From Elusimicrobiota bacterium (GTDB taxonomy: Bacteria; Elusimicrobiota; Elusimicrobia; UBA1565; UBA9628), in assembly GCA_028868375.1 (NCBI GenBank), contig JAGWUP010000009.1, positions 32,538-96,537 on the forward strand: a DNA stretch of 64,000 bases. The letters are read 5' to 3'. The notes beneath the pieces were generated by a model. It worked only from the letters and a program-made list of their open reading frames with translations, made no database searches and was not told the DNA's origin. This document shows, piece after piece, positions 18,508-28,165 of this stretch (its first letter is position 1; every line of letters starts with the position of its first letter). The translations under genes were made by a program, and so were the position numbers.

Positions 18508-21419
18508 CAGGCCTTCTCGCTGTCGTTGCGCACCTTGGTCTGGTAGAACACGGAGGGGCCGACGCCGAGCTCCGCCAGCACGCGATAGCTGCGCGAGCGC
18601 CGCGCCACCTTGGCCACGCGGCTGTCCGGATCGTTCATGTCTCCGAAGACGATCGCCTGCGCCGGGCAGCTTTGGGCGCAGGCCGGGGTGATGTCGCCGT
18701 CCTTGAGGACGCGATCGTCCTCGCGCGCCTGGAACTTGCCGGAATAAATCCTCTGGACGCAGAAGTTGCACTTTTCCATGACGCCGCGCTGGCGGACGGT
18801 GACGTCCGGATTGAGGGCGAGATTCTGGACCAGGTCCTGATGCGCGTAGTCGAACCAATTGAAGCGCCGGACCTTGTAGGGGCAGTTGTTCTCGCAGTAG
18901 CGGGTTCCCACGCAGCGGTTGTAGACCTGCATGTTGAGGCCCTCGCTGGAATGGACGGTGGCCAGCACCGGACAGACCGTCTCGCAGGGGGCGTTGTCGC
19001 AGTGCTGGCAGAGCATCGGCTGGAAAGCGACCTGCGGGCTTGCCTGCGGCTGTCCCGGAGCGCCGGAGTAATAGCGGTCGATGCGGATCCAGGACATGTC
19101 GCGGCCCTTGCGCACCTCGGCCTTGCCGACGACGGGGACATTGTTCTCCACCTGGCAGGCGATGACGCAGGCGGAGCAGCCGGAGCAGGAGTTCAAGTCG
19201 ATGGCCATGCCCCACTTATGCCCCGGGTACTTATGCCGCGGCCAAAGCTCTTCTTCTTTTTTCGGCGGTGGATTTCCGCTGTGCGGATCCAGGCGGTAGG
19301 CCGACTCCGTCGTCTCTTGCACGATATTCCGCTTCTGTCCCAGCAGCGGATCGGTCTCGAAATCGTAGATCTGGACCTTCGACAAGGGGCTGGTCCGGTC
19401 CGTCGCGGCAAGCGTCACCGCGCCCGAGGCGACGAAGGGCCGGATGTTCGCTCCCGCGAGGAGATCCTTCTCGATGGGGAACAGCTTGACGGTCGGGTAA
19501 TTCGCCGCGACCTTGCCCGCCCCCGTGCGGCCGTAGCCGAAGGCGACGGCCGCCACCCCCGGGGTCTGTCCCAGCTGCACGTAGGCCGGCAGCTCCGCCG
19601 AGCGGGCGCCATCGGACAGCCGCAGGACGCGGCCCTCCTCGACGCCCATGCGCTTGGCATCCTCGGGGGCCAGGCAGACGTAATTGCCCCAGGAGGCGCG
19701 GGTGACCGGATCGGAGAGCTCCTGGAGCCAGGGGTTGTTCGCCTGACGCCCATCGGCCAAGGCCACCGAGGCATAGGCAGCCAACTCAAAGGCTCCCGCC
19801 GCGGCGGGCTTGCGCGCCGGCTTCAAGCTGGAGACGGCACGGGCGGAGAAGTGCGCGGCCGGCATCCTAGGCTCGTCGGCCAGCACGACGCCTTTCTGCA
19901 GGGAGTCGCGCCAAAAAGCCTCGAAGCCATGGGCGCCATGGACATGGGGATAGACCTTGCGGCGCCAGAAGCCCTTGATGAAATCGTGGCCGCTGCTTCG
20001 ATCGCCGGACCAGCGCAGCACCGCCTCCAAGGCCGGACGGCTGTCGAAAAGCGGGGCGATCGTGGGCTGCTGGAGGCTGTAGACTCCGGAAACGGGCCGA
20101 GAGTCCCCGAAGGCTTCAAGCGAGTGCGAAAGCGGGGCGGCGATGCGGCAGAGGGAAGCCGTCTCGTCCAGGCGGTCGGCGAGGGCCACGGACAGCCCGA
20201 CTTTCTTGAGCCCTTCCTTGAACTCCTCGGCGCGGCCCAAATCGTAGACGGGATTGGCGTCGAGAACGATCAGGACGTCGACGGCGCCGCGGCCCATCTG
20301 CGCCAGCAGCTCGGAGACCGCGGAGTCGTCTCCTTGCGCCTGGCGGGAGGGGCGCTCGATGTCGATCGTCCTGCCGTAGGCGCCGAGCATCGCGTTGATC
20401 CAATTGACCAGTATCTGAACCGCCGGATCGTTGGAGCCGCTGACGACCAAAGCGTTCCTGCCGGCCTTGGAAAGAGCCCCCGCCGTCCGCTCGAGCGTCC
20501 CCTGATCCACCCCGCAAGCGCCTTCGACGGCGGGAAGCGGTCCTGTCCAGCCGGTATGGCTGGCGACCAAGCGGCCCAGGGCCGCCACGGCCGAGAACTC
20601 CTGGGAGGGCAGAAGTCCGGCGCGCAAATCGGCGTTAGCCCCCGTCACGGAGAGGCGGGGCTCGAACTGGGCATGCCACGACATTCCGCCCTGAGGCTGA
20701 TCCGGGCGGCGCCCCTTGGACCAGCCGCGGATGAATTCCACGGGGAAAAGCCACGCCCCCAGGAAATCCGCGTCGAAGCCGACGATGGCGCGCGCCTCGT
20801 CGAAGCGATAATGCGGCACGACGGCGCGGCCGTGGGTGCGGCGATGCGCCTCGGCGATCGCCCAGGAGGAAATGGGATCGTAAACGACCCGGCGAAGCGA
20901 CGGATAACGGCGCGCCATCCGTTCGATGGCCGCGTCCAGCGAGGGGCTGGTCGAGGTCCGGCCAAGGATGCGGACGGATTTAGCCGACCTCAGGCGCCGC
21001 CGGACCTCGGCGTCCACCGTCGCCCAGCTCGCCTCGCCGCCTCCGATGAGCGGCTGGCGCAGGCGCTCCGAATCGTAGAGGTCCAGGATCGTAGCCTGTC
21101 CCCGCGCGCACAAGCCGCCGCGCGACAAGGGATGGTCGGGATTGCCCTCCAGCTTGATCGGCCTGCCGTCCCGGCTCTTGACCAGGACGCCGCAGGCGGA
21201 ACTGCAGCCGCCGCAGGTGGAGGCGAACCACAAGGCCTTGCCGGCGACAGCGTCCTCGGGCTGCCGGACGTAGGGCAGAATCTTCTCGACCGGGGTGCGC
21301 AGCTTGCAGCCCGCCATCGATAGGGCGGCGAAGCTCGCTCCCAAGAACTCCAGAAAATCGCGGCGCGTCAGGCCGTCAGCCTTGTCGTCGGCGCCGGCCT
21401 TGGCGGCATCGTCTTCCAT
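18507..21419 (-). CDS. actB: Alternative complex III subunit B (molybdopterin-oxidoreductase fold fused to Fe-S domain)
   Basis: Tat motif TRRDFL plus lipobox AGC, GRPIKLEGNPDHP, CSGCSACVIAC, CQHCDNAPC, RCVGTRYC, EKCNFC. Confidence 0.95.
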   Translation of the reverse strand: MEDDAAKAGADDKADGLTRRDFLEFLGASFAALSMAGCKLRTPVEKILPYVRQPEDAVAGKALWFASTCGGCSSACGVLVKSRDGRPIKLEGNPDHPLSRGGLCARGQATILDLYDSERLRQPLIGGGEASWATVDAEVRRRLRSAKSVRILGRTSTSPSLDAAIERMARRYPSLRRVVYDPISSWAIAEAHRRTHGRAVVPHYRFDEARAIVGFDADFLGAWLFPVEFIRGWSKGRRPDQPQGGMSWHAQFEPRLSVTGANADLRAGLLPSQEFSAVAALGRLVASHTGWTGPLPAVEGACGVDQGTLERTAGALSKAGRNALVVSGSNDPAVQILVNWINAMLGAYGRTIDIERPSRQAQGDDSAVSELLAQMGRGAVDVLIVLDANPVYDLGRAEEFKEGLKKVGLSVALADRLDETASLCRIAAPLSHSLEAFGDSRPVSGVYSLQQPTIAPLFDSRPALEAVLRWSGDRSSGHDFIKGFWRRKVYPHVHGAHGFEAFWRDSLQKGVVLADEPRMPAAHFSARAVSSLKPARKPAAAGAFELAAYASVALADGRQANNPWLQELSDPVTRASWGNYVCLAPEDAKRMGVEEGRVLRLSDGARSAELPAYVQLGQTPGVAAVAFGYGRTGAGKVAANYPTVKLFPIEKDLLAGANIRPFVASGAVTLAATDRTSPLSKVQIYDFETDPLLGQKRNIVQETTESAYRLDPHSGNPPPKKEEELWPRHKYPGHKWGMAIDLNSCSGCSACVIACQVENNVPVVGKAEVRKGRDMSWIRIDRYYSGAPGQPQASPQVAFQPMLCQHCDNAPCETVCPVLATVHSSEGLNMQVYNRCVGTRYCENNCPYKVRRFNWFDYAHQDLVQNLALNPDVTVRQRGVMEKCNFCVQRIYSGKFQAREDDRVLKDGDITPACAQSCPAQAIVFGDMNDPDSRVAKVARRSRSYRVLAELGVGPSVFYQTKVRNDSEKA

Positions 21420-21439
21420 GATCTTTTCGCCTGTCTCGC

Positions 21440-22300
21440 TCACCAGTGGCATGCCGCGCAGTCGGTCGGCCCCCCCACGCGTTTCCAATGCGTCGGCGCC
21501 TGTCCGGGACGCAGGCGATGGCATTGGATGCACCAGCCCATCGACAGACTAGCCGCCTGCCTCACCCGATCCATTTTCTGGATCGGTCCGTGGCACTCCT
21601 GGCACTGGATGCCGTTGGCGATGTGGACACGGTGGCTGAAATGGGCGAAGTCCGGAAGATGGTGCACCCGCACCCACGGGATCGTCGCCGCCTCGGGAGT
21701 GGCGCGGGCATCCCAAAAATGGAGCAGCTTCGCGATCTCGGCGGACGGCTCCTTGGATCCCGCCATCCCCTTGACCACGTTATGGCAGTTCATGCAGACG
21801 CTGACCGCCGGCACCCCCGCCACGTCGCTGCTGCGAGCCCCATAGTGGCAATAGAAACAGGAAATCTTGAGCTTCCCCGCATGGATGGCGTGCGAAAAGG
21901 CGATCGGCTGCACCGGCTCGTAGCCTTGCTGATTGCCGAGCAGATGGAAATAGCGGCGCCCGCCCAAGGACAGGTAGGCGCAGAGTATCGCCAGCAAGGC
22001 CAGCACCAATGGAGCGCCTCGGACGCCGAACTGCCAGGCCCAAATCATCCCCGCCAGCAGCACCAAGGAAAAGGCGATGCCGGGCCAATAAATCGAGAAG
22101 CCCTCGTCGGGCGTCTTCACCTTGTCGGCCAGCGGCTCTTGCGGCAAGAGCTGCTGATCCAGGGAAGCCGCCGGGTCGCGATGACCCGGGACGACCGCAT
22201 GGTAGCGCAAGGTCTGCGCGCTCTTTCGTTTCGGGGCGTGACCCGTCCCCGCGACCGCTGGCCCCGCGGCCGCCAAGACGAGGAGCCAGGCCCACTTCAT
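21440..22300 (-). CDS. actA: Alternative complex III pentaheme cytochrome A
   Basis: GYEPVQPIAFSH, five CxxCH (CFYCH, CMNCH, CQECH, CIQCH, CAACH), LPDFAHFSH. Confidence 0.92.
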   Translation of the reverse strand: MKWAWLLVLAAAGPAVAGTGHAPKRKSAQTLRYHAVVPGHRDPAASLDQQLLPQEPLADKVKTPDEGFSIYWPGIAFSLVLLAGMIWAWQFGVRGAPLVLALLAILCAYLSLGGRRYFHLLGNQQGYEPVQPIAFSHAIHAGKLKISCFYCHYGARSSDVAGVPAVSVCMNCHNVVKGMAGSKEPSAEIAKLLHFWDARATPEAATIPWVRVHHLPDFAHFSHRVHIANGIQCQECHGPIQKMDRVRQAASLSMGWCIQCHRLRPGQAPTHWKRVGGPTDCAACHW

Positions 22301-22348
22301 TCGCCGAGTTCTCGCATGTCGCCTACCCATTGATGCGTGGGGGTATCA

Positions 22349-22364
22349 GGCAACACTCTTGCCA
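22349..22364 (-). promoter_or_regulatory. Sigma54-type -24/-12 element, TGGCAAGAGTGTTGCC, upstream of actA
   Basis: GG-N10-GC followed upstream by an AT-rich tract. Confidence 0.8.
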
Positions 22365-22478
22365 TCGAACGCGGCAAATAAACGCATTTATTCTGAAATT
22401 ATTCTAAAAGCGCAGGAATAGATTCCAAGGGATTTAAAATAAATCCCGGTCCGATACCGGCAGTCGCGAGGCCCGATC

Positions 22479-23024
22479 TCACTTGCTGGATCCCTTCGCC
22501 TCCGGTCCCTTCGTTTTCTCTTTGGCCTCCGGTTTCTTTGCTTCCTCCTTGAGCTTCTGCTTGATCAGGTCCGCCTTGCGAACCGATGAATCGTAGATCA
22601 AGAAGGCTGTGATCTTGTCTTCGTCCTTGTCGCTGATCCCGGAATGCCTCTTATGCCGCATCTTGCTCACGTAAGCCTTCCATTCCTCCGGCAAGGCGTA
22701 ATGCGAGTTGATCGGACGCGCCAAGGTATGGCAGCGCGAGCATTTTTGGGCGAAGACCTTGTAATTCTTCTGCTGCTCGGGCGGATACTTGGAGACGTCG
22801 ATGGTGTCCGGTCCGTTGTCGAACGGACAGACGCTGTTGCCGTCCTCGTCGAGCTTGCACTCGCTGCCCGGAATCGGCGTCAGCTTCTGCGCCGCCTGCC
22901 CGGAGTCGCCGTCGGCCCAAGCCGTCCCGCGGCCAACCGCCAGCCAGCCGCCGGCAAGCAAGACCGCGGCGACTCCGACGCTCTTTACAGTCCGCCAACC
23001 GCTAGAAGTCATCCTTCCCTCCAT
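22479..23024 (-). CDS. Periplasmic monoheme cytochrome c
   Basis: Signal peptide ending AWA, KCSRCHTLARPIN, downstream Met (SKMRHK), Lys-rich tail, extra Cys pair. Confidence 0.8.
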   Translation of the reverse strand: MEGRMTSSGWRTVKSVGVAAVLLAGGWLAVGRGTAWADGDSGQAAQKLTPIPGSECKLDEDGNSVCPFDNGPDTIDVSKYPPEQQKNYKVFAQKCSRCHTLARPINSHYALPEEWKAYVSKMRHKRHSGISDKDEDKITAFLIYDSSVRKADLIKQKLKEEAKKPEAKEKTKGPEAKGSSK

Positions 23025-23049
23025 GCATCCCGCTGGCCGCGACGCCGGC

Positions 23050-24417
23050 CTAGAAGCCCACCTCCACCTGCAGGCTGGCCCGATCGCCGTGCACCGCCAG
23101 AGTGCCCGCGGTTGCGGTCAGCGTCCCGCCCTGGTAACCCCGCGTCGTGTCCACGGAGTACTCGGCGAAAGCCTTCACGTTGGGCTGGAAATAATGCGCC
23201 AGGTGGAAGGTGATGTAATTGAACTGCTGCGTGCCGTTGAAGGTCGTGTACCAGTTCTCGCGAATCAACGGCATCAGGAACGGATATGCCTCGTTGCCCC
23301 TCTTGTAGGCATAGGCCAACTCGGCGTAGGCCGCGCGATCCGTCGCAGTGGCCCCGTCGAAGGAGGGATCGCCCTCATGAGTGTAGGCGAAGGCTCCGCG
23401 CGCGGCGAAGTTGCCGATCTCCCAAAGGGCGTCGAAGCCGGTCCAGACGAACTGCTGCTTGGACAAGACTCCCGCCGTGCCCCCAGTGAAGCCGCTGGCG
23501 TCGCGAGGCCCCTCGTGGCCGTAGGACCCGAAGGCTCCGACCATCAGCCCGGAGTTGTTGTCGAAGGCCAGCCGCAGGTCTCCGTTGGTCGGCGCGTTGG
23601 CCTGCCGGCCCAGGTCGTCATCCTTGCTGGCGCCCGCCGCATAATAAAGGAACGCGGCGTTCGGCAGCGGAACCTGTCCGTAGACGTACATCGTCTGCTG
23701 CGTGCCGGTCAGGGAATTGCCGGCCACCGAGCTCTGATCCGGCTGCAGCAGGTCCGTCGCCCGGTTTGCGATCGTCGGGCTCTCCGCCGCGGACAGCGTC
23801 TGGTAGGGATCGTCGACGAAGAAACCGCGGCGCGCCAGCACCACGTTGAGCTGGTCATAGGGATGATAGCCGAAGCGCAGGTCGCCCAAACCCGGAGCGA
23901 AGCCGCCCGCTGCGTTGGCGTCCATCTCGCCGAAGTAGGAGATTTGCCTGGCCGCGTCTCCCCCCGCCACGAAGAAATCCACGTCGTTGAGCGGCTGGGA
24001 CTTGAAGCCGCCCGTGTTGGGACTCGCCGTGCCGCCCATCTGGCCTCCGGCGTTCGCGATGTTGCCGCGCCCGTTGTCGAAAGGCCGAGAGCGCACGATC
24101 ACCGCCCAGGGGAATATCTTCTCGATGCTCATCTGCTTATCGGAGCTCTTGAGCACGCCGACGTCGGAGTCCTTATCCCGGACGTAGCCGTTCATCTTGA
24201 ACTGCCGGCCGTAGGCGTTGAGGATCGGGAAGGCGTAATGGCATTGCGAGCAAGAGACTCCGTACTTGCGCGCGAAGGACGGAAGGGCCTGGACCGACTC
24301 GACGGCGCTGCGGCGCAGCGGGCAGAGGTGCTCGCACGTCTGATGCAGGGGCGGCAGCAGCCAAGCGACGGCCAATAGGACCGCCGCCAGAGCCGGGATC
24401 ATGAATTTCTTGGACAT
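23050..24417 (-). CDS. cyc2: Cyc2-like fused cytochrome c-porin
   Basis: ALPSFARKYGVSCSQCHYAFPILNAYGRQFKMNGY (Cyc2 N-terminal signature), then amphipathic beta strands and C-terminal Phe (LQVEVGF). Confidence 0.8.
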   Translation of the reverse strand: MSKKFMIPALAAVLLAVAWLLPPLHQTCEHLCPLRRSAVESVQALPSFARKYGVSCSQCHYAFPILNAYGRQFKMNGYVRDKDSDVGVLKSSDKQMSIEKIFPWAVIVRSRPFDNGRGNIANAGGQMGGTASPNTGGFKSQPLNDVDFFVAGGDAARQISYFGEMDANAAGGFAPGLGDLRFGYHPYDQLNVVLARRGFFVDDPYQTLSAAESPTIANRATDLLQPDQSSVAGNSLTGTQQTMYVYGQVPLPNAAFLYYAAGASKDDDLGRQANAPTNGDLRLAFDNNSGLMVGAFGSYGHEGPRDASGFTGGTAGVLSKQQFVWTGFDALWEIGNFAARGAFAYTHEGDPSFDGATATDRAAYAELAYAYKRGNEAYPFLMPLIRENWYTTFNGTQQFNYITFHLAHYFQPNVKAFAEYSVDTTRGYQGGTLTATAGTLAVHGDRASLQVEVGF

Positions 24418-24456
24418 AGTCTCCTCACTCGATGGATGATGTTGTTCTGCGCACAC

Positions 24457-24472
24457 AGCAACATTTTTGCCA
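24457..24472 (-). promoter_or_regulatory. Sigma54-type -24/-12 element, TGGCAAAAATGTTGCT, upstream of cyc2
   Basis: GG-N10-GC, with GAGGAG RBS downstream. Confidence 0.8.
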
Positions 24473-24552
24473 AAGAACGCGTCAAAATATCATATTTCCC
24501 GACTGGATGATTCCAATCCAAAGAGAGGAATTTCTAAAAAGCTTGAAAAAGC

Positions 24553-25926
24553 TCAGCGGTAGAGCCGCGGCTGGAGGCCGTATTTCTTAAGGTACCAATA
24601 CAAGTTGCTCAGCGGCAGGGCCGCGGCCTGGGCCGCCGCCTTGGCGTTGCCGTGGTGTTCCTTAAGGAGAGCGTCGAAGTATTCCCGCTCGAAGGCCTGG
24701 ATGCCCTGCCTCTTTCGCTCCACGAACCCCCCCCGCGCCTCGAGCGGCTCCGTCGGAGCCGAGACGAGGTTCTCGGGAAGGTCCTCGGGCCGCAGGAGGC
24801 TGCGGCCGCACAGCAGGATGGAGCGCTTGAGGACGTTCTGCAGCTCGCGGATGTTTCCGGGCCAGGAGTAGCTCGTCAAAATCTCCAGCGCCGCGGGGTC
24901 GACGCGCAAAACGTTCGAGTCCAGCTCCTTGGAGTAGCGCGGCAGGAAATGCTCCAGCAGCAGCCGTATGTCGTCCGGGCGCTCGCGCAGCGGAGGCACG
25001 CGGATGGCGACCACGTTCAAGCGATAGAAGAGATCGGAGCGGAAGCGCCCCGCCGCGACGTCCGCCTTCAAGTCGCGATTGGTGGCGGCGACGACGCGCA
25101 CGTCGACGCTTTGGACCTCGTTGCCTCCGACCCGGCGAAATTGCCGCTCCTGGAGCGCGCGCAGGAGCTTGGCCTGCAGCCCTCCCGGCAATTCCCCCAC
25201 CTCGTCCATGAAGAAAGTGCCGTGGTCGGCGAACTCCAGGAGCCCCGGAGCGGCCTCTCCCGCGTCGGTGTAGGCCCCGCGCTCGTGGCCGAAGAACTCG
25301 TTTTCAAGCAGGTTCTCCGGGATCGCGCCGCAGTCCACCGGCACGAAGCGCCCACGCCTGCCGGAGCGCGCGTGCAGGCGCCGCGCGATGAGCTCCTTGC
25401 CGGTTCCCGACTCGCCCAGGATCAGCACGTCCGCCGCCGTCGCCGCCACCTTGTCGACCAGCGCCAAGACCTCCAGAATGCTGGGGCTGGCGCCCACGAT
25501 GCCGTCGGTAGCGTATTCCCGGGTGAGGTGCCTGGTGAGCAGGCGATGCTCCCCCTTGAGCCGCCTCTGCTCCAAGGCGCGCGCCACCTTCAGGCGCAGG
25601 TCGTCGGGGTGGAAGGGCTTGATCAAGTAGTCCAGCGCCCCGTCGCGCAGCGCCTGCACGGCGGATTCGACGCCCGGGAAAGCCGTGATCAGGATGAAGG
25701 GAAGCTCGGCGTCCGTCTTCTTGGCGGCGCGCAAAAGCTCCAGGCCGCTTAAACCCGGCATGTTGATGTCGGCCACCACCGCGTCGAACGTTCCCCGGGT
25801 CAAGCGCTCCAGGGCGCGCGGCGCATCCGCCTCCAGCACGACGTTGACGGCCTCCCGCGAGAGCGCGGCCTTGCAGGTCGAGAGCATGTCCCTCTCGTCG
25901 TCGACGACGAGGACGCTCTGGGTCAC
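24553..25926 (-). CDS. Sigma54-dependent response regulator (REC-AAA+-HTH)
   Basis: [42 protein letters not shown]. Confidence 0.92.
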   Translation of the reverse strand: MTQSVLVVDDERDMLSTCKAALSREAVNVVLEADAPRALERLTRGTFDAVVADINMPGLSGLELLRAAKKTDAELPFILITAFPGVESAVQALRDGALDYLIKPFHPDDLRLKVARALEQRRLKGEHRLLTRHLTREYATDGIVGASPSILEVLALVDKVAATAADVLILGESGTGKELIARRLHARSGRRGRFVPVDCGAIPENLLENEFFGHERGAYTDAGEAAPGLLEFADHGTFFMDEVGELPGGLQAKLLRALQERQFRRVGGNEVQSVDVRVVAATNRDLKADVAAGRFRSDLFYRLNVVAIRVPPLRERPDDIRLLLEHFLPRYSKELDSNVLRVDPAALEILTSYSWPGNIRELQNVLKRSILLCGRSLLRPEDLPENLVSAPTEPLEARGGFVERKRQGIQAFEREYFDALLKEHHGNAKAAAQAAALPLSNLYWYLKKYGLQPRLYR

Positions 25927-27287
25927 GGCGCCGGAGCCCCCGGAGCGGGAAAGCGGATGGTGAAGCTCGCCCCCCGGCCGACGCCCCCGTCCACCAGGAT
26001 TTCCCCGCCGTGCGCCTTGACGAAGGACAGGGAGATCGGCAGGCCCAGGCCGGTCCCGTGGTCGGCCGTCTTGGTCGAGAAAAGGGGCTCGAAGATCTTG
26101 CGCAGATGCTCCGGCGCGATGCCTTCCCCGGTGTCCGAGATCACCGTCTCGATCCAGCCGCCCGCCTCGCGCGTGGCGGCGCCGAGCCGGCCCCCGCGAG
26201 GCATGGCCTCGATCGCGTTATGGATCACGTTCAGGTAGGCATGAAAGAGGTCGTCGTAGCTGGCCCGCACCGGCGCGACGGCGCGCAAATCGCGGCGGAC
26301 CTCTATGCCGCGGGCGCGCGCCTGCGCCGCGCTCGTGGCCAAGGCGTCGCAGAGCACCTCGTTGACGTCCACCTCGCCGCGCGGCTCGGAGGAAGGCTTG
26401 AGCAGGCGCAGCAGGCGCTGCACGACCCGGCCCACGCGATCGCTCTGGCGGTCGACGATCTCCAGGGACTCCTCAAGGAACTCCCCGGAGCGAAACTCCG
26501 GGGAGCCGGAGCGCAGCAGCTTCATGCGCGCGGAGATGATCCCGATGGGGTTATTGACCTCGTGCGCGATGAAGCCGACGATCTGCCCCAAAGCGCCCAG
26601 CCGCTCGGCCTTGAGCAGCCGCTCCTGGCTGTCGCGCAGCCTGCCCATGATCGTCGTGATGAAGTAGGCCGTGCCGGCCAATAGCCCCAGGAAGGTCGCC
26701 GTCATGCCCACGACCTCCCTCAGCCGCTCCGGGCTGGCGAACGCCAGCAGGCGGTAGTGAGGCCAGAGGCCGGCGTACTCGCCGAAGCTCAGGCAGCAGA
26801 AGAGGCCCCCCGCCATGGCGGTCACCAGCCAGGCGTCGGAGACCGACAGGAGAATCCCCGCCATCAAAACGTGGAAGACGTAGAGAACGTACAGGGGGTT
26901 CTCCAGCCCTCCTGAAAAATGGAGCAGAAAGGTCAGCAAGACCAGGTCGAAGGCCATCTGCGCCAGCAGGAATGGGCGCTGCCGGCGCAGCCTGGAGCGC
27001 AGGGACAGGAAAGCGAAATTCCCGAGCAGGATGGCCGCCACGCATGTCCAGAGCGGCGCGGCCAAGGAGGGATCGACCCAGCCCAGGACGTGGGCGGCTA
27101 AAAAGACCGTCACGCCGGCCGCGGTCGCCGCCACGCCGCGCATGCGGATAAGCCAATCGGCCGGGCCGCGGCCGCTGCCGGCCGCCTCGGCGCCGATGAT
27201 CAGGGGAAGCTCCGGCGCCAGCCGCCGTCCCATCACCGCCGCGCCGACGGCCACCAGGCAGAGCAGGACGCCTAGGCCTTCGAGCAT
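25923..27287 (-). CDS. Membrane sensor histidine kinase
   Basis: Multi-TM N-terminus, AHEVNNP, N/D/G boxes (GTGLGL). Confidence 0.9.
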   Translation of the reverse strand: MLEGLGVLLCLVAVGAAVMGRRLAPELPLIIGAEAAGSGRGPADWLIRMRGVAATAAGVTVFLAAHVLGWVDPSLAAPLWTCVAAILLGNFAFLSLRSRLRRQRPFLLAQMAFDLVLLTFLLHFSGGLENPLYVLYVFHVLMAGILLSVSDAWLVTAMAGGLFCCLSFGEYAGLWPHYRLLAFASPERLREVVGMTATFLGLLAGTAYFITTIMGRLRDSQERLLKAERLGALGQIVGFIAHEVNNPIGIISARMKLLRSGSPEFRSGEFLEESLEIVDRQSDRVGRVVQRLLRLLKPSSEPRGEVDVNEVLCDALATSAAQARARGIEVRRDLRAVAPVRASYDDLFHAYLNVIHNAIEAMPRGGRLGAATREAGGWIETVISDTGEGIAPEHLRKIFEPLFSTKTADHGTGLGLPISLSFVKAHGGEILVDGGVGRGASFTIRFPAPGAPAP

Positions 27288-27346
27288 ATCTGGCGGTTAT
27301 TTTAGCGAAATTCCCCCAACCGCGGCCAGACACGGACGCAAGCCGG

Positions 27347-28165
27347 CTACGCCTGCGTGGAGCCTCGGCGGCGGCTTGTCGCTAGCAGCAGAAGCAGGAA
27401 GACGGCCAGCATGATCAGGACGATCGTGCCGCCGGTCGAGAGATTCAGATAGAAGGAGGCGAGCATCCCGCAGACCACCGAGAACAGGGAGATCGCCTCC
27501 GCGTAGGCGATCGTGGCGGCGAAGCTGCGGCGCAGCTGCAGGGCGGCCACGACCGGCACCACGATCAGGGCCGCGATCAGCAGAACCCCTATGATGGGAA
27601 TCGACAGGGTGATGGTCAAGGCGGAGAGCAGTATCAGGATCACGTTGATCGCCCGCGTCGGCAAGCCGGAGACCCGCGCCGATTCCTCGTCGAACGTGAT
27701 GTAGACCAGCTCCTTATAAAGGAAGGCGACGGCGGCGGCGACGATGACGGCCAAGACGGAGATCGTCAGGACGTCCCCCCTGGTGACCGTGACGATGCTT
27801 CCAAAAAGATAGTTGAAGAGGCTGGTGTTGAAGCCCCGGCCCAGGCTGAGCAGGATGGTCGCCAAGGCCAGGCTGCCGGACAAGAACAGGGCCAGCGCCG
27901 ACTCGCCGTAGACGCGTCGGGTCAGCCTGAGGCTCTCGATGCCGAGGCTGGCCAGCACGGTGACGGCCAGGGCGGCGAGGATGGGGTTAAAGCCCAGCAG
28001 CAGGCCCAGGGCGATGCCGGCCAAGGAGACGTGCGCCAGGGTGTCGGCGATCAAGGAGTAGCGCCGCAGCACCAAAAAGGTGCCGATCAAGGGGGCCACC
28101 AGGGCGACGATGATCCCGGCCTCGAAGCCCCGCAGCACGAAGCCGTAATGGAAGAGGGCCAGCAC
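27347..28165 (-). CDS. Metal ABC permease, ZnuB-like
   Basis: LVLRRYSLIADTLAHVSLAG, YLFGSI, FDEESA. Confidence 0.9.
   Translation of the reverse strand: MLALFHYGFVLRGFEAGIIVALVAPLIGTFLVLRRYSLIADTLAHVSLAGIALGLLLGFNPILAALAVTVLASLGIESLRLTRRVYGESALALFLSGSLALATILLSLGRGFNTSLFNYLFGSIVTVTRGDVLTISVLAVIVAAAVAFLYKELVYITFDEESARVSGLPTRAINVILILLSALTITLSIPIIGVLLIAALIVVPVVAALQLRRSFAATIAYAEAISLFSVVCGMLASFYLNLSTGGTIVLIMLAVFLLLLLATSRRRGSTQA

Noticed and set aside
17134..19215. Long N-terminal extensions in the ORF track (actC, cydB, znuB/C, mtrB-like, regulator 57898-60099) suggesting fusions
   Set aside because: They overlap upstream genes in another frame. Internal starts give normal lengths and stop/start coupling.
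14451..21323. Very long plus-strand ORFs (805 aa, 941 aa) and many similar antisense or alternative-frame ORFs across the window
   Set aside because: Shadow ORFs of high-GC coding strands. They have no motifs and lie opposite clearly identifiable genes.
18507..21419. ActB as an active molybdoenzyme
   Set aside because: Context and motifs identify ACIII subunit B, whose molybdopterin-like fold is known to be cofactor-free.
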